From contig NC_083288.1 of assembly GCF_963506605.1 (NCBI RefSeq), positions 41,478,001 to 41,542,000 of the forward strand: a DNA stretch of 64,000 bases. The letters run 5' to 3'. This DNA comes from Zootoca vivipara. Taxonomy: Eukaryota. Both the position numbers and the translations under genes were made by a program. The notes beneath the pieces were generated by a model. It ran no database searches. It saw only the letters and a program-made list of their open reading frames with translations, and was not told where the DNA came from. This document shows, piece after piece, positions 23,626-36,162 of the stretch; the first letter of the stretch is position 1; every line of letters starts with the position of its first letter.

Positions 23626-24289
23626 GTAAGGACAGTGGCCTTTCAGTTTGGTAGTTAAATTTTTAGCATACTCAGTGCAATTAACTTTTTTTTCACAAAG
23701 AGCAGTATGAGAGAAACATAAGCATGATGGGGAAATTCTATGTATGCGCACGTTCAGAAGTGTTCTGAGCGGTTTGCACATGTGCAGAAGTGTTCTGTGC
23801 GCTTTGCACATGCGCAGAAGTGCTGCTCTGGTTACAGACTTTTCGGGGTGCAAACGGCACCTTGGAACAGATCATGTCCGCAGCCAGAGGTACCATTGTA
23901 TTAGAAAAGTATAGCTTTGCCCCCAAACACATCACATGTTGTTGGGAGCCACCTAGAGTGGCTGGGGCAACCCAGTCAGATGGGCAGCATATAAATAATA
24001 AATTATGATGACAATGGTTATGATGTTACCAACTCATTTCTCCTGTCTCTCCTAGCAAAGCAAATGGACCTTTGTCCAATTTTTCTGGTTAATTCTCTTG
24101 AGTGCCACACCTCACTGAATATGCCCCAATATGCCACTTAAACTGTCTTAGCCTCCTGCCCCAATTTCTGGGAACGGTAGTTTGTTGAGGAGTCGAAAGG
24201 AGATTCCTATATTTCCCTCACAGAGCTACAATTCCCAGAGAGGTTTAACATCCCATCAATGAGTCTACTCTAGTAAAACTGTAGGCATA

Positions 24290-24644
24290 CAGGTGAAACT
24301 CGGAAAATTAGAATATCGCCGAAAAGTGCATTTATTTCAGTAATGCAACTTAAAAGGTGAAATCAATATATGAGAGAGATGCATGACATGCAAAGCAAGA
24401 TATGTCAAGCCTTTATGTGTTGTAATTGTAATTATTTGTCGTTAGGCGGGTCAATTATAAATGGAATGTAATTAATGAAATGTAATAGCGATGTTTATTT
24501 TTGTATTATTGTAACTATTTGTTTTATTACTGTGGAATGTCCAAAAGAAAGCATTTGTAAAAAAAATAATAAAAAAAATAGTAAGTTGCATTACTGAAAT
24601 AAAAGCACTTTTTGACGATATTCTAATTTTACGAGTTTCACCTG
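24290..24644. mobile_element. Tc1/mariner-type MITE
   Basis: ~60-bp TIRs CAGGTGAAACTCG...GCAACTTA / TAAGTTGC...CGAGTTTCACCTG, TA duplication. Confidence 0.88.
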
Positions 24645-24695
24645 TATATTGAGTATTCTCTGTGTTAACATACCACTGTGGCTAATATTGTGTTA

Positions 24696-25050
24696 AAGTT
24701 AAAGGTAAAGGGACCCCTGACCATTAGGTCCAGTCGTGACCGACTCTGGGGTTGCGCGCTCATCTCGCATTATTGGCCGAGGGAGCCGGCGTATAGCTTC
24801 CAGGTCATGTGGCCAGCATGACAAAGCCGCTTCTGGCAAACCAAAGCAGCACACGGAAACACCGTTTACCTTCCCGCTGTAGCGGTTCCTATTTATCTAC
24901 TTGCATTTTGACGTGCTTTCGAACTGCTAGGTTGGCAGGAGCTGGGACCAAGCAACGGGAGCTCACCCCGTCACAGGGATTCGAACCGCCGACCTTCTGA
25001 TCAGCAAGCCCTAGGCTCAGTGGTTTAGCCCACAGTGCCACCTGGGTCTC
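24696..25050 (-). mobile_element. Sauria SINE, full length
   Basis: tRNA-like head with B box GGTTCGAATCC and (ACCTTT)n tail on - strand; TSD AATATTGTGTTA at 24684-24695 and 25051-25062. Confidence 0.92.
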
Positions 25051-25094
25051 AATATTGTGTTACTTATAGATTAAATCCCCCTAACTAATACAAT

Positions 25095-25448
25095 GACCCA
25101 GGTGGCTCTGTGGGTTAAACCACTGAGCCTAGGGCTTGCTGATCAGAAGGTCAGCGGTTCGAATCCCTGTGGCGGGGTGAGCTCCCGTTGCTCGGTCCCA
25201 GCTCCTGCCAACCTAGCAGTTCGAAAGCAGATCAAAATGCAAGTAGATAAATAGGAACCGCTATAGCGGGAAGGTAAACGGCGTTTCCGTGTGCTGCTCT
25301 GGTTCGCCAGAAGTGGCTTTGTCATGCTGGCCACATGACCTGGAAGCTATACGCCGGCTCCCTCGGCCAATAATGCGAGATGAGCGCGCAACCCCAGAGT
25401 CGGTCACGACTGGACCTAATGGTCAGGGGTCCCTTTACCTTTACCTTT
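25095..25448 (+). mobile_element. Sauria SINE, full length
   Basis: GACCCAGGTGGC head, GGTTCGAATCC, CCTTTACCTTTACCTTT tail; TSD TAACTAATACAAT at 25082-25094 and 25449-25461. Confidence 0.92.
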
Positions 25449-25483
25449 TAACTAATACAATATCTCTTGCTCACATGTTCTAG

Positions 25484-25677
25484 GTAATGCTGCCAGGTTC
25501 TCTGAGAATGCAACACCTATCCACGGCTGGCGTGGTGAGGGGGACTTCCATTTCAAACCCTTCTTTGCTGCCTCTCCACCACTGGGCGAGTCTGGCAACA
25601 GCTTCTTTACCTCTCCTGGCAATGGTTTGGAACAGCAAGCAGGAGGCAACAAGGCATATAAAATTAAGAGAATATAA
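25484..25677 (+). CDS. CCNB1IP1: CCNB1IP1 coding exon 3 (last)
   Basis: Phase-1 join gives GNAARFSENATP...GDFHFKPFFAASP...KAYKIKRI*; total CDS 825 nt = 274 aa. Confidence 0.93.
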
Positions 25678-27427
25678 ATTGTAACTTATGTTGACGCTTT
25701 AGGCCTTTTTGAATATCCAGGTTAGGCATGAAATGCTCGTTGGACTGAAATGCTCCTTGCAGACTTGAGGCTTTTAAAAGAACCCACAGGCCAGATCTCA
25801 GTGAAGTCTAATGCGTGTTAAATTTCCTGAAGTATCAGAAGTAGCAAATCTTAAAGGAAGAGAGCCTGCAGTGAGGACTGAAGGAGCAAATGCTCTAGTT
25901 AAAACCAATTTCTTTCTAGGCTTCTTTCTCTCAGCAGAGTGTTCCAGTTGTTGCTAATGGTTACTATAGCCACCCGCACCTCTAGATATTGTTGCATATA
26001 TGCTGTCATTGTTCCATTACCCAGCCACATTAATTCCCGCCCTGCAAAATACGATTATGACTCTGGCTCTCACACAAATTATGATTCCTTAAAGTGAAAT
26101 GTGAAAGCTTGCTTCACCATGTCATTTTTTTTCCTGGCACTAAGGCTGCAATCTTACATATACTTTCCTGGTAATAAGGTCTATTGAACTCTGTGGTGTC
26201 TGGGTACAGATGTATAGGATTGCAGCCTAATTGTTTAATTACCATATTGTTGCAACTACGGTAATGTGTTATGTGATCTTTCCTCCTGATGATTGCTTCG
26301 AACTGCCACATTTGTGTTGTATTGGTACTTTCCCCCCTCCAATTACGTGCATAAACATGTTTGCAAGCCTGTGTTTGATTTGTTCACTGCTTATTGAAAC
26401 AGGTGGGGTTGAGGGTTTTTTTGTGGGGTGTGCGGTGGAGAGGAAAAATCTAATATGCCTGGTGTGTTTGCCTCTGATTAGTGTGTGCACACACTTTTTG
26501 TTGGTACACACCACTATGGGCAGTTTTTGTTGTTAGAACTTAGGGTCGTAGCCAATGCTAGTCCTACTTAGAGTAGAATAGACATGACTAATTCAGGTTC
26601 ATTAATTCAAATGGATGCACTCTGAGTAGGACTAGCGTTGGATACAACCTAAGTTCTAATAGCTTTTTTAAAGTTAGTCATTTTAAATTTTTAGGAATCT
26701 ACTAGACTTCAGATGAGTTTGTATCACTCTGCAAATCAGATAATTGGATCCCTCTAGCCCCTTTGATTCTATGCATTTTGCCTGCATTAATCACTATTTG
26801 ATTTTGTATTCACACTTCTGATGTGTGAATATATATATAGAATGGAGTGATTAAGATGTATAAAGGGTAACTAGTCTGCATTAATTACAAACATCCATTT
26901 ATTGGGAAAGAAAGCACAGGAGGAATACAAAATAAAAATAAAATTTCACTGAGCACTCAGACAAAATTCTGTTTCATGTTTTTTTGCACAAAACCATTGA
27001 AGTTAATGGGTCCAAGCATGCTTACCTCTGCAAAGGATTGGATTCTGTCTTGCTAGTGAAAACATTTTAATATGAAATTAAATATAAATATGTAATTTCA
27101 TGGCATTTGTATCACAGAAACCTGTAAGCAATTCACATAAGATACAGCTGAAAATACACAAGTTCATCTTAGAGGGAAAATATGACAAGCTTCCTTTGGA
27201 ATAGCTGCAGCTTCGTCTTTCAAAAACAGTGTCTCTGAGCACGTACAGAATGTTTTCCATTGCACAGGGGACAAGCTGTTTTTATTTTATTTTAACGAAT
27301 ATAAGGAACAGCTGTTATCTTTCGAAACCACATCGCTATGAAACAGCATAAGAAAAGAAGGGATATATCTGTCACAAAGGTGTAACGCAAAACATTTACA
27401 TTTAAACACGGCCAGGATGATTCCCAC

Positions 27428-27517
27428 CATAGCTGCCAAGTTTTCACTTTTCTCGCGAGGAAGCCTATTCAGCATAAGGGAAAATCCCTGTAAAAAAGGG
27501 ATAACTTGGCAGCTATG
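27428..27517 (+). mobile_element. 90-bp MITE (TIR CATAGCTGCCAAGTT), copy 1
   Basis: Perfect 15-bp TIRs, 8-bp TSD ATTCCCAC. Confidence 0.85.
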
Positions 27518-27669
27518 ATTCCCACTGCTTCCAGGAAGAACGATCGATTCCTCTCTTTGTACCTGGATTGCAGTTTGGCCTCCAGTCCTTTAGATGTCTC
27601 TGCAGGAGCCTCCGTGGTTGCAAGTAAAGAGAATACAGTACAGGAAACGGAGGAGAGTCTCGAGCGATC

Positions 27670-27717
27670 ATGGCTGAAGAAGAAGAAGAAAACCCCCAAG
27701 CTCGGCAAGGTTTGCAG
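27670..27717 (+). CDS. TTC5: TTC5 coding exon 1
   Basis: MAEEEEENPQARQGLQ, donor CAG/GTAGGG; in frame with exon 2. Confidence 0.9.
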
Positions 27718-28061
27718 GTAGGGCAAAACATCTCGCCGTGTCATAAGCCTACCGTTTTTCTTCTTCCTCTGACTTCTGCTAAAGTCAATATATTATCAGA
27801 ACAGTCCCCGTCCCCCCCGTCCCCCGGAGCTTGCAAAACATGGAAGCAGCAGGCAGCAGCCCGGAGTTCAAACCTGCTCCGTGCAGGTGTTTAAACTGTG
27901 TCAAGATCCACCCGCACAAGGCAGCTCTCATTTTACTGGGAATATGCTGCCGAATATGCCCCCCCCCAAATACAATACTTCAAGCGGTGAGGGAGGAGAT
28001 GTAGCGACAGGGGAAGAGGAGGAATGTGGATGTGCAACCTGCCCATTCTTTTGACTGCATA

Positions 28062-28151
28062 CATAGCTGCCAAGTTATCCCTTTTTTTAAGGGATTTTCC
28101 CTTATGCTGAATAGGCTTCCTCGCGAGAAAAGGGAAAACTTGGCAGCTATG
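28062..28151 (-). mobile_element. 90-bp MITE, copy 2
   Basis: Reverse-oriented copy of 27428-27517; flanking duplication TGCATA. Confidence 0.85.
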
Positions 28152-28552
28152 TGCATAGGATTCTGCCCGTTCTTGTTTCTACTTCGGTTTTGCTCGCCCC
28201 TCAAGCCACTGAGGGGGGACCATCGTCCAACCCCCTGAGGGTCATTTATTTCAACCCCTTATTACTTTCAGAGCTTAGCTATTGAAATCAATTTTTTTTT
28301 GGCTTGTGCCTGAGCAACTCTAGACTGCTGGAACCTGGAACAGAATGATATTGAATGGAAAACTTAAGACACCTCATTATGCACAAATTCCCCATACATA
28401 CTTCCTTTGGCATCTATTAACCACCATCAAGTGTCAAGGTAGTGATAGATAAGTGTGTGTTTAGCTTCTCTTTACTGTGCATGCTGTGTATTGGCAAGAC
28501 ATTGTTGCTCTGGTTTGATTGTAACATTCCCTGTTTGGCGATTTCCTGATAG

Positions 28553-28685
28553 GAACTGGTTGACCAGCTATATCATTTCCGAGACCATTATTTTGAGAGC
28601 CACAAGGTGGAAGATGCTGGGAAAAAGAAGCAGGATGTACAGGAGGAGATGAGGAAGACTCTTCAGAAAATGGAAGCATTAGAAG
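28553..28685 (+). CDS. TTC5: TTC5 exon 2
   Basis: [44 protein letters not shown]; AG/GT bounded, 133 nt. Confidence 0.95.
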
Positions 28686-29006
28686 GTAAATCCCAACAGA
28701 ACCAGCACTCTCATTTCTCCAACTTGTATACCAGTCCTTCTCCTCCTTCCTCTTATGCTGGGAGGCTCTGCTGATGTCCCTTTTATTGTGCATTCATGAT
28801 TATTTTGTGCTCCTGGTGGTATTAGGGTGGTTATGTATGATCCTGCTTAGAGAAGTTTTTAATGTTTGATGTGATGTCTTATCATGTTTTTAATATTCTA
28901 CTGTGAGCTGCCCAGAGTGGCTCGGTGAATGAATTTCTAGCACAGTGTGGATTTCATGGATTTGCAGTTCACTTACAACATCTCTCTTTCTCCCATCCTC
29001 TGCTAG

Positions 29007-29218
29007 GCCTGTCTGCGGGTCGAGCTCACACACTGATGCTGAAGGGGAAAGCCTTGAATGTGTCCCCAGATTATAATGCCCAAGCTGAAGAGCTGCTCTC
29101 CAAAGCTGTCAAGCTGGACCCAGAACTGGTAGAAGCCTGGAATCAGTTAGGGGAAGTTTACTGGAAAAAGGGTGATGTCTCTGCTGCCCACACCTGCTTC
29201 TCTGGAGCGCTTAGCCAT
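29007..29218 (+). CDS. TTC5: TTC5 exon 3 (TPR)
   Basis: [49 protein letters not shown]; 212 nt. Confidence 0.96.
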
Positions 29219-29427
29219 GTAAGTCCCCCCTCAGTCCTCCCTTGGGCAGGCGGCGATTCTAGTTTGGAGAACTGCTTGGCACTTTAAACCAGGACTTTTC
29301 AGCCAAGGGACATGCCTCAAGGAATAGTTTGGGGAAGTGAGAGTCATGTTTTACATTTCACTAGGTAGGATTTGAGTTCTTGCTAATTGCAGAAGCCTTG
29401 TCTTTCTCCTGCCCCTTTTCTCTTCAG

Positions 29428-29578
29428 TGCAAGAACAAGGCCTCCCTGCAGAATCTCTCTATGGTGCTGAGGCAGCTGCGCACGAACTCTGCTGATGAGC
29501 ATGCGCACAACGTGATGGACAGCGTGCAGCAGGCCAAGCTGGCGGTGCAGATGGATGTGCGTGATGGCCGCTCCTGGT
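29428..29578 (+). CDS. TTC5: TTC5 exon 4
   Basis: [18 protein letters not shown]...[15 protein letters not shown]; 151 nt. Confidence 0.96.
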
Positions 29579-29686
29579 GTGAGTGTGTCATGCGCCCCTT
29601 TTCAGGTGGTCCTGAGGTGGGATGGGATACAGCAAGGAAGGGAACCGGCTGTGCAACCTGCTAATTATGCTCTCTGTATTCCACAG

Positions 29687-29778
29687 ATGTTCTGGGCAAT
29701 GCCTACCTCTCCTTGTTCTTCAATTCAGGGCAGAACCCCAAGATCTCCCAGCAGGCGCTGAGTGCCTATGCCCAAGCA
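29687..29778 (+). CDS. TTC5: TTC5 exon 5
   Basis: (Y)[30 protein letters not shown]; 92 nt. Confidence 0.95.
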
Positions 29779-30808
29779 GTAGGTGCTGGAGGGGACTCTA
29801 GAGGAAGCCTGTGGTATGGTGGGGAGGAGGGGGTTGGGGGCCCAGTCTAAGCCTCTTCTGGAGATTTTACATTGCCAGGAGCTGAGGTGGAAATGGCTAG
29901 TTCTAGGTGGCAGATTAGAGGGCTGGTAATAGATGCAGGGAGACTCAGTTTCAAATCCTTCCTTGCCTGCAAAGCTTACTGGGTTACCTGAGCAAGTTGC
30001 ACTCTGAAGGGGTGGAACAGGCTAATTCACTTCTGACTGCATGCAGGGAGATCACATTTTCTAATGTTCTTCTAAGTAAAACCACACAAATAAAATAAAT
30101 AACAAACCCTCTCTCCAAGTGAGAAACTTGCACAGCTGGAGCTATAATCTTGGCTATAATCTTTTCTTGGAATGCTAGTTATGTAACTGTTTTAATTTAT
30201 TTATTAGATTGATACCCACTTTTCTTCCCAGAAGCTCAAGGCAGTATACATGGTTCTCTTTCCCACCCCCACCCCACTTCCCATTTTATCCTCACAACAG
30301 TCATGCAAAGAAGGTTAGATAGTTTCTGGCCCAAAGTCACCCAGCGAACTTCATGGCTGAGTGGGGATATGAACCTTGGTCTCCTCCATCCTAGTGCAAC
30401 ACTCTAACCACTACAGCATGCTGCCTGTCTACACAGGCAAGGATACTGAAAGGGCACCTCCTGTCTGTAGGTTGAGGTGGCATCTCGGGATTCTGCCACT
30501 TCCTTTTGCTGCATATACACACCTAATCTCAGTCTACCTAACCAACTTGCTGTAAGGCAAAAATGAGATACACATGTTGTTTTTAAAGGTCCCTCCCGTT
30601 TCATAAATTGCTTTGATATTTCTAATGTAAAGCAATTAATTGCAAAATAAAATAAATATATTGCAATCTTCACTAGCATAAGATTGCCATGCTCTTGGGA
30701 AGTTCTCATAGCCCAGGATGATGAGAATATTCACCACCTGTTATTTTTTAGCATCTTACAAAAGAGGTTATTTGGAGATAAGAGCCCAAAGGCTGGATCA
30801 TACCAAAG

Positions 30809-30898
30809 CATAGCTGTCAAGTTCTCCCCTTTTTTAAGGGAAATTCCCTTATGCTGAATAGGCTTTCTCACGAGAAAAGGGAAAACTTGACAGCTATG
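30809..30898 (-). mobile_element. 90-bp MITE, copy 3
   Basis: TIR CATAGCTGTCAAGTT; flanking duplication CCAAAG. Confidence 0.82.
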
Positions 30899-31857
30899 CC
30901 AAAGGCCTATTGAGTTTAGCATTTTGTTCTCATTGTGGCCAGTTATGCCCACTGGAAGCTCACAAGCAGGGCATGAGTGCAATTGTGCTCGTCATCCCTA
31001 GCAACTGATATTCCGACATCAGCCTCTGAATCTTAATAGATAACCATCGTGACTAGTACCCCCTGAGATCTGTATTCTCCGTGAATTCTTCTAATCCTGT
31101 TTTAAAGCTAAATTGGGGCCCACCACTACATATTATAATATTGAGTATCAAAGTTTAACTCTGCAGTCTGTGAATAAGTTCCTTTGTCCTGAATCTGCCA
31201 ATATTCCTCACCACTGGATAACCCTGGGTTCTAGGACTGTGTGTGTGTGTGAGAGAGAAAAACCTCTATCCACATTCAGATCACGGTGCATAATTTTGTG
31301 CTCCTCTGCTTTGAATAGGATAGAGGCAAACAGTGGTTGGTGTAGAAGTATGCCTGGTTTTCTAAATCGTGCCTTTGTGGCATATCTGTAAAGTGGTTCT
31401 CGCTCAGCTCAGCTGCTGTCTCCAGCCGGACCCACCAACATAGTAGAAAAGTGCAAGAGATCAAAATGAAGGCTAAAGTTGGCCAGTAGGGATAGTTAGG
31501 GGCAGCCTAGAAAAAAAGTTTGGTACTCATGCAATAAATTTCCAGAGTGATCCTGTGAGCATATAAATACCTGGAACAGCACACGTCTGGATTGGTTACT
31601 TGTGTAACTGTTCTGTGGATCTTGTGGGCTGGATCGATTAAAGGGGGCGGGGCGGGAAATGAGGTAGCTAAAGGTGTGATTTGTGATGATATGCCACTGG
31701 GCCATTTATAAATATGCACCTTTAGATGGTGGGTGGGTGCAGCTGGTAAAAGCAAAAATGACTGTGGAGGAAAGAGCTTGGGGAGCAGGGGGAGAGTGTC
31801 CTCACAGAGGAAGTGATGGTGGATGCTCATGCCTTTCTCTTGGTCTTCTTTCTGTAG

Positions 31858-31914
31858 GAGAAGGTGGACCCCACGGCATCTTGTAATCCAGATCTACATC
31901 TTAATCGAGCCACG
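31858..31914 (+). CDS. TTC5: TTC5 exon 6
   Basis: EKVDPTASCNPDLHLNRAT; 57 nt. Confidence 0.95.
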
Positions 31915-32205
31915 GTGAGCAGAAAGGATGAGGAGGGTCATGGGGCAAGATAGGTATGGCTGGCTTGTGCTTGACCTATTGCGGAGAACTCTGAAAAGTG
32001 TGGGACGGGTTAGACACGGGTAGCTGGCAATTCCAAGTGAAGTACATCTTAAGGCTACCAGCTAAGCAGTCATCAAGGGACCGATTTTCAATCTCCGCCC
32101 CGTTCTGACTTAGTTGACCAGTGCCTGCAGTCTCCTACTTCCATAGTAGTGTATGTTCCATGTGACCTAGCCTATCACCTTCTGCTCTGTTGTTTTTGGG
32201 GGCAG

Positions 32206-32352
32206 CTATACAAGTATGAAGAAAACTACATCGAAGCTCTGGAGGGCTTTGCACAGGCAGCAACCCTTGATCCAGCTTGCCTGGAACCACGCCAACGGGA
32301 GCAGCAACTCGTAGATTTCCTGGAGCGGCTAACCAGCCTCCTTGAAAACAAG
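32206..32352 (+). CDS. TTC5: TTC5 exon 7
   Basis: [23 protein letters not shown]...[12 protein letters not shown]; 147 nt. Confidence 0.95.
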
Positions 32353-32465
32353 GTATTAACGGCAACAAGACTTGGCTCTTTGTCCCCTCACTGCCCGACC
32401 CATGTAAACATAGCATCATCCAACCATGCAAAGGTGACTCACTGTGCTGCTTTTCTCCCTTGCAG

Positions 32466-32680
32466 GGAAAAGTGAAAGGCAAGAAGCTGCAGAGCATGCT
32501 GGGAAGCCTGCGTACCTCCCAGCTGGGCCCGTGTGGGGATGGGCGCTACCAAGGACCCTCGGGTCAGAAGGTGCAACTGGAACAGCGCCCCCTGGGCACC
32601 TTGAGGCCTGGTGTTAACTCTGGTGTTGTGGTGCTGGGGAAGGTGCTGTTCAGTCTGACCACAGAGGAAAAGGTGCCCTT
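32466..32680 (+). CDS. TTC5: TTC5 exon 8
   Basis: [16 protein letters not shown]...[23 protein letters not shown]; 215 nt. Confidence 0.96.
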
Positions 32681-33045
32681 GTGAGTCCCTGCCACATCCT
32701 GCCTTGGAATCTTTTCATATGTCTCATCATGTCTACCTAGAGATGTGAAATCCCAGGAAAAAAATGGGACACCCCCCCCCCCGGGACTATATCCACCTTT
32801 TCCTTCCTGCTTAGCTTTATCCTGCTGTCTTCATTGTTTGTTAGGGCTTATATTCTTCCCTTAGATGGAGGCTTGGGATAGGTTTAAATAATTATTTAAA
32901 AGTAGGAAAAAGCTGTAGAAGCTTGTTCCCACAAATGCACATAATTAATCCCTATGGAGGCCACCAGACGCTCGCTTAAACAAGTAAATACCTTAATCTT
33001 GATTCTGAAATGTGTTCAGCTTGATGCGTTGGTGGTTCTCTAGAG

Positions 33046-33297
33046 CAGGGGTGGAAACCCTTTTGGCTCTATGAGCCAGATCCTTATCAGGATTGACCTT
33101 GCTGGCCATATTGACTCGCTCACCTGCCAAATCAGCTGACATCACAACGATGCCCTGCCAACACAGGATTTAACCCTGACCTCTCGCCCATCAGCTGACA
33201 TCACAACTGATGTTAGCTTATGAGCGGTAGCCATGTTTTGGGGGAAACGCCCACACAAGCTGAGATTGGCCCACTGGCTGGAGGTTGTCCATCCTTG
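33046..33297. mobile_element. hAT-Charlie-like MITE
   Basis: CAGGGGTGG...CCATCCTTG ends; 8-bp TSD CTCTAGAG/CTGTAGAG. Confidence 0.65.
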
Positions 33298-33553
33298 CTG
33301 TAGAGGAAGTCAGTTCTAATAAGGAGAAACTACAGGGAACACTCTGTTGAGCTCAGGGTGTATGATGTTTACAAGATGCTTAGTCTGTCCTTGAGCTTTA
33401 TCAATCATGACCAGCTCCTTGAGCTCTGCTATGTGGGCAAGTATCCATCTTGCTCATCTCTTGATCTTTCCACTTACCTGTCTACCCATCCAGCAATCTG
33501 ACTGATGCTTCTTTTTAAACATATTTCGTTCTTTCCCCTCTTTACTCAAACAG

Positions 33554-33701
33554 CACTTTCGGTCTGACTGACTCCACTGAGGGCCCCTGTTTTGCTGTCA
33601 CTGTGTACAACATGGCACAAAGCTGGGGGGTTTTGATTGGGGACTCGGTGGCCATCCCTGAGCCTCACCTTCGGCATCATCACATCCAGCACCAAGGCAA
33701 G
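33554..33701 (+). CDS. TTC5: TTC5 exon 9 (OB fold)
   Basis: [37 protein letters not shown]...QHQGK; 148 nt. Confidence 0.96.
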
Positions 33702-34441
33702 GTGAGCCCAGCCTGTGCTCTTTCTTTGGCCCTTTCGAATTCTATTATGTACCTGTTTCCATGTTGCTCGTGATGCAACCAGAGCTTCCAAAGAGGTAGC
33801 TGGAAGAGACAGCACAGAATTAATTGAATGCACAAGTGATGGAAACAGTTTAAAGCAGAGGCAGCAATTCAAGGCTTACTGGCTCCATCCTGTCTGTCTT
33901 GGCATCCCCCTGTTCTTATGTATTCCCCCCCCCCCCCATTACCAGATCAGTCATTCTGGGAGAAAGATTCCAGGTGGAGAGGAAACCTCTTTGTCTTGCT
34001 TTTTTTAAATGGCACTTAAAAAACTTTGTTTCAGTTGGAAGTTATGTAAATCTGGGTGGTTTTTTTTTCAGATGACCTGCTTATTTGAGCATATTGTCCT
34101 GATTTGCCTGTAGAGGAGATTAGACAGTGCCAGCTATTTAATGCTCAGTTCATTTTGATTTGTTTGCAGGAAAGCTAGACATTGCACCTAAGCAAGTGTT
34201 AACACTGTCCCAGTGCATTTTTCTGCCGCTTCCCTTATCGCAAAATGTCAGGTCTTTTGGAGACATTGGTTTTGTTGTGCAAGGTCAGCTGTGATTACGC
34301 TGCCTGAATTTGCCAATATGTGAGCAAATCTTGCCTGAAAATAGTCCCTGTTACAGTCAGCAAGGTTTGGAGGGAGGGAGGCCTTACTCCGATTGAATCC
34401 TTCCTCCACACCGTAACCTTTTCTCCATTCCTCTTTTTCAG

Positions 34442-34561
34442 AGTTTTACTTTCTCTAGCATCCGGGTGGAGACGCCTCTTCTGCTAGTGGTGAATGGCAA
34501 AGTGCAAGGATCCCAGAGCCAGGCTGCAGCCACCATTGCATATCAGGCACAAAGTGAATGA
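34442..34561 (+). CDS. TTC5: TTC5 exon 10 (last)
   Basis: [20 protein letters not shown]...QAQSE*; total CDS 1323 nt = 440 aa. Confidence 0.96.
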   Translation, partial: SFTFSSIRVETPLLLVVNGKVQGSQSQAAATIAYQAQSE

Positions 34562-35305
34562 AGTGAGGGAGGGGGGTGGAGGAGGAGGCAAGTGGAGGGC
34601 TGCTCTCCCACCTGGTGGTAGCCTTCAGGCAGAACCTGCTACCTCTCGGCGGATCTAGAAAATCAAAGGCCTGGGGCAGGGGTAGCTAAGGCGGTGCCAT
34701 CCAGCTGTTGCTGAACTACAGCTCCCAGCATTTCTCCTTGGCTATGATAGCCGGGGCTGATGGGAGTTGTTGTCCAACAACATCTGGAGGACACTACCTT
34801 GGCTATCTAGGGCCCAGCAAGGTTGGACTCGTTTTTATCATACATTCAAAGACATTAGGTTGAAGGAGTGAGAGACAAGAGAGGGAACTGCAGGACTCTA
34901 GGGTTAAGCCCTAGTTTTGCTCCCTCTCAGTGCTACTTCCTTATGCACCAGCCTAGCCTTGATCCTCTGCAGTAATAAGAATTAGCCTTCATGAGACAGT
35001 CCGAAAAATCAGCGGGGCTGCTCAACTCACTCCCATGTCCTTTCCTAGACTCTTCCCACTTTTCCAACACCAGGCCTGCCCCATTTCTACTGTTGCCCGT
35101 TTCTCACCTTAACTTCCATTTCACTTGAGTTTGGGCATTTGAGCTCGTTTGGCTCTTCTGTCTTTTGTAGATCCCAGTTGGCTGGGCACTAGCCCCCATT
35201 GTCTTACTGTGTGTGTATTTAACATCTGTATTTATTTGGCAACGTTTTGAGTTCAACTTTGTAATTTTTATACATATTCTGCTCTCTCTGTTCCCTACTG
35301 TAACC

Positions 35306-35311
35306 AATAAA
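35306..35311 (+). terminator. Probable TTC5 polyadenylation signal
   Basis: First AATAAA after the stop codon, followed by a GT/T-rich tract. Confidence 0.65.
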
Positions 35312-35479
35312 AACCTGCATTCTTTCCTTCTTTGGGCAATGCCTTGTGTTTGGTTCCCATAACAAAGATTTTTTTTTTAAAAAAAGATTTAGATTAGCAA
35401 GGCTCAAAGCAGGGTAAAGCACATGATCCAGTTTTATCCTCATAGCAGCCCTGCATGGTTGTTGTTACCTTTTTTTTTT

Positions 35480-35790
35480 TTTGAATTCCACCCACCTGGC
35501 TAGGTTGACCCAGCCACTCTGGGTGGCTTCCAACAGAATACACAAAAACACAACAGAACATCACACATTAAAAGCGTTCTAATATAGGGCTGCCTTCAGA
35601 TGTCTACAGAAGGTTGTATACTTGTTTAACTTCTAGACATCTGATGGAAGGGCGTTCTACAGGGTGGGCACCACTACCGAGAAGGCCCTCTGCCTGTTTC
35701 CATGTAGCTTCACTTCTCACAATGAGGGAACCTCAAGAAGGACCCCTCAGTCTCTAGGCTGGATGATGGGGGTGGAGACGCTCCTTCAGG
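35480..35790 (-). mobile_element. L2 LINE 3' fragment
   Basis: Reverse complement of the L2 3' sequence also seen at 53760-53930 and 58428-58635. Confidence 0.6.
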
Positions 35791-36162
35791 TTCACAGTCT
35801 AGGGTAGACTGAGAGAGACCACTTCACAGCTGAGCAGTGGCGACCTGCCTCATGGAAGTATGGCCAGCTTTCCTTGCTATAGAACAAGGATGGGTAAAAA
35901 TTGCCTTGCTGATCCACCCTTCCTGGGAGCAGTGCTGTTTAGTCCCTGATGGACCTGACAAATAGTGATTGAGGAATGGTTCAAAGGTTTGGCTACAGGT
36001 CCATCCTGAAGGGAAAGAAGAACGGTTGCAAGAATTGTAGATTCTCTCTGCATTAAATGTTAACATCTTTCTCTTTGACTCACGTAATGTACAAAATCAA
36101 GCAGTGTTAACATGTGCCCTGTGCACAGGTACATATTTGTGATGGGCTCCTCATTTAGGAAG

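Noticed and set aside
25095-25170. tRNA-like A/B boxes here and at 37848 and 57203
   Set aside because: SINE heads, not tRNA genes; no complete cloverleaf.
25487-25684. 65-aa ORF from the track
   Set aside because: Wrong frame; the CCNB1IP1 last exon reads in the adjacent frame and stops at 25677.
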